From positions 1-15,314 of the forward strand of contig JAYOYH010000082.1 of NCBI GenBank assembly GCA_038153405.1: a DNA stretch of 15,314 nt. The letters are read 5' to 3'. The position numbers were made by a program, and so were the translations under genes. The notes beneath the pieces were generated by a model. That model saw nothing but the letters and a program-made list of their open reading frames with translations, had not been told where the DNA came from and searched no databases. Numbering within the stretch: the stretch's first letter is position 1; every line of letters begins with the position of its first letter. This document shows positions 1 to 7,658 of the stretch, in pieces. This stretch comes from Gemmatimonadota bacterium (GTDB lineage: Bacteria > Latescibacterota > UBA2968 > UBA8231).

Positions 1-645
1 CAGCGCTTGGCCGGCGACGTCTTTCCGTGGATGGCCAAGCGCTGGAACTCGGAGCATCGGGGCGGCTACCGCTACCGCTCGGAAAGCGTGGCGTTGGCCG
101 AAGAGAATAAGGGACCGCCGCCGCCGGAGCAGCTAGAGCTGTGGTGGCAGCGCTTCTGCGCCGTCTACGAGCGGCTGGTGCCCATTGCCGAAGAAGGTGG
201 AATTAAGCTGGCCATTCATCCGTCCGATGCGCCTTTTCCCGACACGCCGCTGGGGGGACTGGGCTATCATCGGGTCATTGACGCCTTTCCCAGCAAACAC
301 GTGGGCTACCTCTACTGCTGCGGCACGCGGGCCCAGGCCGGTGGTTCGCCGCTGGTGCTGGACGAACTGCACAATTACGGGCGCAAGGGACGGCTCTTTA
401 TGATCCACCTGCGCAACGTGCGCGGCTCGTTGGCCACGGCCGGCGGCTTTGAGGAAGTCTTGCTCGACGACGGCGATATGAATCCGGCCAAAATCCTCTT
501 GGAGCTGCGGCGCGTGGGCTTTGACGGCTGTATCAACCCCGACCACATACCGGCGCTGGAGGGCGACGAGGGTGCCCTGACCAAGGGAATGGCCTACAGC
601 GTCGGCTATCTAAAGGCGCTCTTTGCGGCGATGGCGGTTATCTGA
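1..645 (+). CDS. Mannonate dehydratase (UxuA)-like protein, 5'-truncated by window edge
   Basis: Frame is open from base 1 (QRLAGDVF...). It carries UxuA-family motifs IHPSDAP (cf. HPDDPP), IHLRNV, EEVLLDDGDMN, PDHIP and C-terminal AYSVGYLKAL. Its TGA overlaps the next ATG (TGATG, 643-647). Confidence 0.8.
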   Translation, partial: QRLAGDVFPWMAKRWNSEHRGGYRYRSESVALAEENKGPPPPEQLELWWQRFCAVYERLVPIAEEGGIKLAIHPSDAPFPDTPLGGLGYHRVIDAFPSKHVGYLYCCGTRAQAGGSPLVLDELHNYGRKGRLFMIHLRNVRGSLATAGGFEEVLLDDGDMNPAKILLELRRVGFDGCINPDHIPALEGDEGALTKGMAYSVGYLKALFAAMAVI

Positions 646-1847
646 TGGGCGAAAAAAAGAAAATAGCTGCGATTGTCACCGAGTACCGGCCGCGATCGCA
701 CGCCGACGTAATCGTCACCAAGTTTTTGCACGGCTTTCCCACCGACGAGGGGCTGCTGGCGCCGCGGGTGGAAATTGCCTCGCTGTATTTGGATCAAATA
801 CCCGATAACGATCTCGGCGTGGGCATTGCCCGGCAGCACGGCGTTCCGCTATACGATAGTATCAACGCCGCCCTGTGTTTGGGTGGTAGTGAGCTAGCGG
901 TGGACGGCGTGCTGCTCATTGGCGAGCACGGCGATTATGCGTGGAACGAGAAGGAGCAGCACCTCTATCCGCGCCGCTACTTTATGGAGCAGATTTGCGG
1001 TGCTATGGCCACGGCTGGACGCGGCGTGCCGATCTTTAACGACAAACACCTGTCCTACAATTGGGCAGATGCCAAGTGGATGTACGACCGTGCGCAGGCG
1101 CTAGGCGCGCCCTTTATGGCCGGTTCGTCGCTGCCGGTGGGCTGGCGTTCGCCGTGGGTAGAACACCTCCTCGATAGCCCGTTAGAAGAGTCAGTGGCCA
1201 TTGGTTTTTCCGGTTTGGATATCTATGGCTTTCACACGCTCGAAGTGCTGCAGTGCATGGCCGAGCGTCGCCGCGGAGGAGAGACGGGCGTGGCTGCGGT
1301 AACGTGTCTCGAGGGCGAGGCCGTGTGGCAGGCGGCAGCCGACAGCCTGTTTTCAATGGACTTGGCCGAAGCGGCTTGCGCCGAAATTGAGAACAAGCCC
1401 AGTGGGACTATGCAGGAACACTGCGAAAATCCCGCGCTTTTTTTGGTGGAGTATCGCGACGGGTTTAAGGGATCTGTGCTGATGCTCAACGGCTATGTCA
1501 CCGATCTGGCCTATGCCGGACGCGTCGATGGGCAGATCGAGGCCTGTGAGTTTTATCTGCAGGGGCACGGCGGTGAGAACGGCGCCTACGCGCACTTTAG
1601 CTACCTATCGCTCAACGTCGAGGAGATGTTTGTCACCGGGCAGCCCCAGTATCCGGTCGAGCGCACGCTGTTGACCAGCGGTGTTCTGGAGGCTGCGCTC
1701 GATTCGCGCTACTGCGGCCACGTGCGCGTGGAGACGCCGTGGCTCGATACGAGCTATCGCTCGCACGGCGATTTTACGTGGCGACCTCGGGGCCAACGGC
1801 CAGCGGGGGCGTGCCTAGACCCGTTCCCGCCGGAAGGGAGCGCATAG
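645..1847 (+). CDS. Conserved hypothetical protein, probably a Gfo/Idh/MocA-like oxidoreductase
   Basis: 400-aa ORF coupled to both neighbours. Segments VDGVLLIGEHG, PIFNDKHLS, FMAGSSLP and DIYGFHTLE resemble the Gfo/Idh/MocA layout. The CDS is solid; the function is inferred. Confidence 0.65.
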   Translation: MGEKKKIAAIVTEYRPRSHADVIVTKFLHGFPTDEGLLAPRVEIASLYLDQIPDNDLGVGIARQHGVPLYDSINAALCLGGSELAVDGVLLIGEHGDYAWNEKEQHLYPRRYFMEQICGAMATAGRGVPIFNDKHLSYNWADAKWMYDRAQALGAPFMAGSSLPVGWRSPWVEHLLDSPLEESVAIGFSGLDIYGFHTLEVLQCMAERRRGGETGVAAVTCLEGEAVWQAAADSLFSMDLAEAACAEIENKPSGTMQEHCENPALFLVEYRDGFKGSVLMLNGYVTDLAYAGRVDGQIEACEFYLQGHGGENGAYAHFSYLSLNVEEMFVTGQPQYPVERTLLTSGVLEAALDSRYCGHVRVETPWLDTSYRSHGDFTWRPRGQRPAGACLDPFPPEGSA

Positions 1848-2684
1848 ATGGGCGTCGTGCTGACGGGGTTTGCCGACGAGATTGGTCCCGATCCACAGCT
1901 GCAGATTGGCACGCTGCAAGAGGTCGGGCTGCATTTTTTGGAACTGCGCGCCGTTGGCGGCAAGGGAGTGCTCGACCTGAGCGATGGCGAAGCAAACGAA
2001 TTTAAGCGCGCGTTGGATGCGGCTGATATCAGCGTGTCGTCGATCGGTTCGCCCATCGGCAAGGTGCAGGTGCGCAGCGATCTGGCGGCTCACTTTGCGC
2101 GTTTTGAAGTCGCGCTGGAGCGCGCGCAGTTCTTCGCGGCGCGCTATGTGCGCGTTTTCTCGTTCTATCACGAAGGTGAAGAGGCCGCTGCCTGTCGCGG
2201 CGAAGTCGTAGATTTTTTCCACCGCATGGCCGAATCGGCAGCGAAGCGAGGTGTCGTTCTGCTGCACGAGAACGAGAGCCATATATACGGCGACGTGCCC
2301 GAGCGCTGTGTCGATTTGCTGGAGACGGTGGACCACCCCGCTCTACGCGCTGCGTTCGACCCGGCCAATTTTATTCAGGTTGGCGCCGATCCGCTGCGTG
2401 CCGCCTGGCCGCTGCTGGAGAAGTACACCGAATATTTTCACGTAAAAGACGCGCTTGCCGCATCGCGCGCGGTAGTGCCAGCCGGCTACGGCGACGGTGG
2501 GGTTGAGGAGATCCTGCGCCGCGCTATAGGTGCGGGTTTTAGCGGTTTTCTCTCGCTGGAGCCCCATCTCAAAGCCGAAGATCCCGCGCACGGCGGCACG
2601 GGCCCAGAGCGCTTTGCCAAAGCAGTGGCTGCGCTGCGTCAGGTGCTGGCGCGCATCGGCGTCGAAGAAGTTTCGCGTGTTTAA
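1848..2684 (+). CDS. Sugar phosphate isomerase/epimerase (xylose-isomerase-like TIM barrel)
   Basis: Motifs GFADEI, SIGSPIGK, VRVFSFY, LLHENE, FDPANF, FHVKD, VPAGYGDG and SLEPHL (metal-binding E/D/H/E pattern). SD-like GAAGGGAG upstream. Confidence 0.88.
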   Translation: MGVVLTGFADEIGPDPQLQIGTLQEVGLHFLELRAVGGKGVLDLSDGEANEFKRALDAADISVSSIGSPIGKVQVRSDLAAHFARFEVALERAQFFAARYVRVFSFYHEGEEAAACRGEVVDFFHRMAESAAKRGVVLLHENESHIYGDVPERCVDLLETVDHPALRAAFDPANFIQVGADPLRAAWPLLEKYTEYFHVKDALAASRAVVPAGYGDGGVEEILRRAIGAGFSGFLSLEPHLKAEDPAHGGTGPERFAKAVAALRQVLARIGVEEVSRV

Positions 2685-3689
2685 AATCAGCAAGGGCTTG
2701 GGCAACCTCGCAGAGGAAACGCTGCGTTTTTTTGCCCAGATTGGCGTCGAGCAAGTTGGCGTGCCCGTGCGGCTCAGCGACGACATACAGCTGCGGCCGC
2801 TCGTGCCGCCGCCGCAGCTGCGGCCGCCGGGTCCATTGCCGCCTATGTGGGACGAGGGCGAACTGCAGCGCATTGGCGATCGCGTGCGCTCTTTTGACCT
2901 GCAGCCCGCTCTTGTGAACTTGCCCGTGTCGGGGCGCATTCTATTGGGTCTTGAGGGGCGCGAGGAAGATGTGCGCGATTTGGAGCGCCGCGTAGAGATG
3001 GCCGCGCGCATGGGCATCGAAGTGCTGACCTACAACTTTACGGCACTGCGCGCCTCGGAAGGCTATGCCGCGTGCGCCGGTGCTGGCCGCGGCGGGGCCC
3101 ATCTGCGCGACTTTGATGCGGCGCGGATTGACGATCTGCCGCCACTCGAAGACGTTGGCCAACACAGCGCCGAGCAGATGTGGGAGCGGTTGGGATTTTT
3201 GCTACAGGCCCTCGTTCCGGTCGCTGCGCGCGCGGGGCTGCGCTTGGCCCTCCATCCCAACGATCCACCGATCCCCGTCTACCGGGGCGTGGCGCAGCCG
3301 CTGTGGAATTTAGATGCGATGAAGCGTTTGATACAGGTCGTCGATAGTCCGGCCAATAGCATCTTCTTCGACACCGGCGTCACGACCGAATACGGCGACG
3401 ACGCGGTCGAGGCCATTCGCTACTTTGGCGAGCGCGATCGCATTGGCACGGTGCACTTCCGCAACGTGCGCGTGCACGAGCCCTACTATCGCTATACGGA
3501 GACCTTTGTCGACGAAGGGGACTGTGACATAGCGGCCTGATGCGCGCCTTTGTCGCAGTGGGCTACCAGGGCGGTATCGACCCAGACCACACGCCGGGCA
3601 TTATCGGTGACGGCGAGCAGTCACCCATCGGCTGGGCCTATGCCGTCGGACAGCTGCGGGCGCTGCGCGTAGCGGCGATGGGGCACTGA
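2677..3689 (+). pseudogene. Second UxuA-like dehydratase, interrupted by a 1-nt frameshift at ~3538-3542 (pseudogene, split gene or sequence error)
   Basis: Likely GTG start at 2677 overlapping the previous gene. Motifs YNF, LHPNDPP, HFRNV and ETFVDEGD are followed by TGA at 3538-3540. The missing C-terminus (MRAFVAVGYQGGIDPDHTPGIIGDGEQSPIGWAYAVGQLRALRVAAMGH*) is in the frame starting at ATG 3540 and ending at TGA 3687-3689; it parallels the C-terminus of the 1..645 paralog. Confidence 0.8.
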
Positions 3690-3726
3690 ACGTTTGGTGT
3701 CGCATGCAGCGCGTACCGCGTAGAAT

Positions 3727-4377
3727 TTAGGCTTCCTTGCCGGACAAGCGGTCAAAGGGGTTGACGACGCTCGAAGCAACGTTTGACAGATGGGCGCTGA
3801 TGCGGCGCAGAAAGCGCGCGGCTAGGGCGAAGGGAACGGTATCGTTACTGCGGCCATCGTCTTTGACGAGCTGTTCTATCAGTGCACTGCTCTGCTCTTT
3901 TATTGCTTCATGCTGGCGCATTACGCCGCGCGCTAGGTCGGTGTTGCTATCGCGCAGCGCTTCGATCACTTGGGAAAAGAGCGGTGCGATAGCACGCTGC
4001 AGTGCGCGACAGGAATCGGCATGAATCGAGGCGCTGCGATCTAAATTGGCCCACTCGCTTAGCTCTATCAAACTCTTGGCATAGTCGCCGCTGCGCTCGA
4101 TATCGTGGACTATGATCAGCAGCGATAGGCTCGTCGGTAGGTCCTGCTGTGGATTGAGCGTCAGGTGCTCGAAGATCATGCGGCGAACGATGCGTTCAAC
4201 GGTGTTGATCTCGCGATCTTCCCGCTGGACTTCGGCGCTGTTGTCCTCGTTTTCCAATAGATTGCCGCAGGCTAGGCCGAACATGCGCTCGGCGCGGCCT
4301 AGCATGCCCAATACCTCGTATATGGCATCGTAGAGCAGCGTAGTGCGTTTGCCCGTTTGTATTATTTCTTTAAACAT
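3727..4377 (-). CDS. PhoU-domain protein (phosphate uptake regulator family)
   Basis: 216-aa helical protein with two PhoU-like repeats (DREINTVE...HDIERSGDYAKSL; RFLRRISAHLSNVA). It starts 3 nt after the Na/Pi transporter stop, with a GGAG SD. Confidence 0.8.
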   Translation of the reverse strand: MFKEIIQTGKRTTLLYDAIYEVLGMLGRAERMFGLACGNLLENEDNSAEVQREDREINTVERIVRRMIFEHLTLNPQQDLPTSLSLLIIVHDIERSGDYAKSLIELSEWANLDRSASIHADSCRALQRAIAPLFSQVIEALRDSNTDLARGVMRQHEAIKEQSSALIEQLVKDDGRSNDTVPFALAARFLRRISAHLSNVASSVVNPFDRLSGKEA

Positions 4378-4380
4378 GGT

Positions 4381-5475
4381 TCATCTCCAGACGAGAATGA
4401 GCAGTAGCGGGATCAAATAGAAAACGCAGATTACATAGACAAAGGCATAGACCCTGGATCGACTCGTCACCTCGGCCAGTCCGCGCGCCATCTTCAGGGG
4501 AAGCTGGCGAATCTGGGAAATGGGATAGACGATCGCGATGCCCGTCACGTTGAAGAACAAATGGGCAAAGGCGACGGTGACGGCCGCGATATTACCGGTG
4601 GCCAGCGAGGCTAGCATGGCGGTGACCGTGGTGCCGATATTGGCTCCGAGCGTGAAGGGAAAGACCTGTTCGAGCGTCAGGATGCCGGCGCCGATAAGGG
4701 GCACGATCATTGAGGTGGTGATGGACGAACTCTGGACCATGATGGTGAGAACGATGCCGAAGAGCATGGCGGTGGGCGCTGCGTCGAATAGGTATTTGTG
4801 CAAATAGCGCTCGGCCCGTTGGACGACGACGCCCCGGGCTAGGTCGACCAGAAACTTGAGCGCCAGATACATGATGATTAATGCGACGACGAGGCATGCG
4901 ACGGGATTGGCGCCAAGCAATTCGATAAGCCATTTAATGACGGGCTCGGTTATCGTCTTGAGCGGGTTGGCGAACTTCATGCCACCCATGCCCTGAAAGA
5001 GCGCAGCGGTTTTTTCCGACAGGTGTTGGAGGTAGCCCGTGGCGATTTCTAGCGGCAGCAGGATGAGCACGGCAATCAGGTTAAAAAAGTCGTGCACCGT
5101 TGCGCCGGCCAGCGCGCGTTTAAATTCTTCTTTGCGGGTTATATGTCCCATGGAGACTAGCGTATTGGTCACGCTGGTGCCAATATTGGCGCCCATGATA
5201 ACGGGAATGGCACCCTCAATGGTTAGCGCGCCGCCAGCGACCATTCCTACGGCGATCGAACTGGTCGTCGATGAACTTTGGGCCAGCGTGGTGGCCAAAA
5301 TGCCAGCAAAGAGGCCGACGAGCGGGTTTGACGTCATCTCAATGAGCTGTTTGGCCAGATCCTTGCCAAATAGCTTGAATGAACCGCCGAGCAAGCCGAT
5401 GCTTACGAGGAATATGTAGAGAATCAGCACCAGGCCGATTATCTGTAACCACAACTGCAGCGTATCGCGTTTCAT
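4381..5475 (-). CDS. Na+/phosphate cotransporter (NptA/SLC34-like)
   Basis: Hydrophobic protein with two copies each of QSSS and GANIGT, plus ATVHDFFN. The start is probably ATG 5475 (MKRDT) or 5484, not 5532. Confidence 0.92.
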   Translation of the reverse strand: MKRDTLQLWLQIIGLVLILYIFLVSIGLLGGSFKLFGKDLAKQLIEMTSNPLVGLFAGILATTLAQSSSTTSSIAVGMVAGGALTIEGAIPVIMGANIGTSVTNTLVSMGHITRKEEFKRALAGATVHDFFNLIAVLILLPLEIATGYLQHLSEKTAALFQGMGGMKFANPLKTITEPVIKWLIELLGANPVACLVVALIIMYLALKFLVDLARGVVVQRAERYLHKYLFDAAPTAMLFGIVLTIMVQSSSITTSMIVPLIGAGILTLEQVFPFTLGANIGTTVTAMLASLATGNIAAVTVAFAHLFFNVTGIAIVYPISQIRQLPLKMARGLAEVTSRSRVYAFVYVICVFYLIPLLLILVWR

Positions 5476-5484
5476 AGGCCTCAT

Positions 5485-5692
5485 TAGTATGGAAATTAGT
5501 AGCGCAAAGTAACGCAGTCGTAACATAACCAAAAGAGTTATCCAGTGACAATACCACTATATTACTCGGCGCGATGTGTGCTGCGGGCGCACTGCGCCAC
5601 CAGTGCGATATCTTTACTTATCTGGTTTATTGCCCTACTTTTGCCCCCTTGTTCAACGGCCTATTTTTCCCCGCTTATTAGGGTATATTCCA
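5485..5692. promoter_or_regulatory. Divergent promoter region between the Na/Pi-phoU operon and the nagB operon
   Basis: AT-richer non-coding spacer between divergent genes. It contains GTAAC-N6-GTAAC (5509-5524), a 7-bp inverted repeat (5588-5607) and TTGCCC-N5-TTGCCC (5630-5646). Confidence 0.6.
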
Positions 5693-6436
5693 ATGAAGGG
5701 ACGCATCCGCCTACAGGTCGTTGAAGACGCTGCCGATGTCGCCCGTATAGCAGCTCAGCACCTGTGCGCGCAAATACGCGAGCGATCCGATGCAGTCTTG
5801 GGTCTGGCAACGGGATCCACTCCAGAAGCTACCTATGCCGAGTTGGTGCGTGCCTACCGAGAGCGACGGCTTTCGCTTGCGCGCGTGCGCAGCGTAAACC
5901 TCGATGAATACCAGGGGCTCGATGGGACGCATGAGCAGAGCTATCGCCACTATATGCAGCACCATCTATTTGAGCACGTCGATATGCTACCGTGGAATGG
6001 GTTGATGTTGGATGGTAACGCCGTCGACGGAGAGGCCGAATGCCGCGCCTACGAAGAGCGTATTCGCGCCTTGGGCGGCGTGGACTTGTGGCTACTAGGC
6101 CTTGGTGGCAACGGGCATATTGCTTTTAACGAACCCGGTTCGGCGCGCGATAGCCGCACGCGCTGCGTGCCGTTATCGGCCGAGACAATTGCCGATAATA
6201 GTCGGTTATTTATCGCGCCTACAGAAGTCCCGCGTCGCGCTTATACAGTGGGTATTGCCACGATCATGGAGGCGCGCCGCGTGCTGCTGCTGGCCACGGG
6301 CGCGCACAAGGCGCGCGCCGTGGCCGCGGCGCTGCGCGGTGAAGAAGGCGCGCACTGTCCGGCCAGTTTTTTGCGAGGACATGCCGATTGCACCTTTCTC
6401 ATCGATCGCCAAGCGGCGTCTCTGTTAGAGAGCTAA
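5693..6436 (+). CDS. nagB: Glucosamine-6-phosphate deaminase
   Basis: Motifs LGLATGSTP, NLDEY, QSYRHYM, LGLGGNGHIAFNEPG and TVGIATIMEA. ATG 5693 gives the typical ~247 aa. Confidence 0.93.
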   Translation: MKGRIRLQVVEDAADVARIAAQHLCAQIRERSDAVLGLATGSTPEATYAELVRAYRERRLSLARVRSVNLDEYQGLDGTHEQSYRHYMQHHLFEHVDMLPWNGLMLDGNAVDGEAECRAYEERIRALGGVDLWLLGLGGNGHIAFNEPGSARDSRTRCVPLSAETIADNSRLFIAPTEVPRRAYTVGIATIMEARRVLLLATGAHKARAVAAALRGEEGAHCPASFLRGHADCTFLIDRQAASLLES

Positions 6437-6439
6437 TTT

Positions 6440-7636
6440 GTGATTTTAGTGCTCAACTGCGGCTCTTCTTCGCTGAAGTACAGCCTATTTGATAGCGCAG
6501 AGCGGGTGTGCGCCCGCGGTTTGGTCGATCGCATTGGTCAGAGCGAGTCGGTCGTAGTGCTCGAGCGGGGCGGTGAACGCCAATCGCACACGGCGGCTAT
6601 TGGCGATCACGGCGAGGCGCTGTCGGCGGTCGTTGGCTTTTTGCAGGAACAGGGACAGGGAGCGAACCTGCTCGAGGGCATCGGTCATCGCGTGGTGCAC
6701 GGCGGCGAGTATTTTGTCGAAGCCGCGCTAATAACGGAAAGCGTGGAGAGCGCAATAGCGGCCTGCACCCCGCTGGCGCCGCTGCACAACCCGGCGGCGT
6801 TAGAGGGACTGCGCGCCGCGCGAAAACTGTTCGACGGCGTTCCACAGGTCGCCGTTTTTGATACTGCGTTCCATCAGACAATGCCGCCGCGCGCCTTTCT
6901 CTACGCCGTGCCACGCGCGCTGCACGCCGAGCAGGGCATTCGCCGCTATGGCTTTCACGGGACCTCGCATCGCTATGTAGCGCAGCGCGCTAGCGAGCTG
7001 TTGGGCGTGGACTTGGACGCGTTGAACCTAATTACTTGCCACTTAGGTAACGGCTGCTCGCTGGCGGCTATTGCCGCGGGTCGTTCGGTCGATACGACGA
7101 TGGGTCTGACGCCGTTGGAAGGCGTGGCGATGGGCACGCGTTCGGGCGACGTCGACCCTGCGCTGATCTTTCATCTGGCCCGCAGTGGTATGCCGTTGGA
7201 TGCAATCGAGAAGATGCTGCTGCACGAGAGCGGTTTGCTCGGCCTGTCCGCTCGTTCGCAGGACGTGCGCGAGGTAGAGGCTGCGGCGTTGGATGGCGAT
7301 CAGGCCGCTCGTGAAGCGTTAGAGGTGTTTACCTACAGAGTGCGCAAAGCAATTGGCGCCTACTGCGCAGTCCTCGGGCGCGTTGATGCGCTGGTATGCA
7401 CCGGAGGGATCGGCGAAAACAGCGCGTTTGTGCGCCTGCATATTCTCGATGGACTCGAACACATGGGTATATGCATCGATCGCGTGCGCAACCGCACGCA
7501 TGCAGGGCGCGAAGGCGATATATCGAACGTGGATTCGCGGGTAAAGATTTTAGTTGTCCCCACAAACGAAGAGCTCGTGATTGCCCGCGAGGTACGCGAA
7601 GTGCTGGCGGGTAGCAGCAGCGCAAGTGCCCTGTGA
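6440..7636 (+). CDS. ackA: Acetate kinase
   Basis: Motifs ILVLNCGSSSLK, GHRVVHGG, APLHNP, VFDTAFHQT, RRYGFHGTSH, CHLGNG, GTRSGD, TGGIGEN and PTNEE. GTG start 3 nt after the nagB stop. Confidence 0.96.
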   Translation: MILVLNCGSSSLKYSLFDSAERVCARGLVDRIGQSESVVVLERGGERQSHTAAIGDHGEALSAVVGFLQEQGQGANLLEGIGHRVVHGGEYFVEAALITESVESAIAACTPLAPLHNPAALEGLRAARKLFDGVPQVAVFDTAFHQTMPPRAFLYAVPRALHAEQGIRRYGFHGTSHRYVAQRASELLGVDLDALNLITCHLGNGCSLAAIAAGRSVDTTMGLTPLEGVAMGTRSGDVDPALIFHLARSGMPLDAIEKMLLHESGLLGLSARSQDVREVEAAALDGDQAAREALEVFTYRVRKAIGAYCAVLGRVDALVCTGGIGENSAFVRLHILDGLEHMGICIDRVRNRTHAGREGDISNVDSRVKILVVPTNEELVIAREVREVLAGSSSASAL

Positions 7637-7658
7637 ATCAATCTACAAGGAGTGCACA

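Noticed and set aside
3538..3540. Selenocysteine or stop readthrough, or programmed frameshift, at the TGA
   Set aside because: In-frame readthrough gives CAPLSQWATRAV..., which is not UxuA-like. The homologous tail is in another frame and there is no slippery run.
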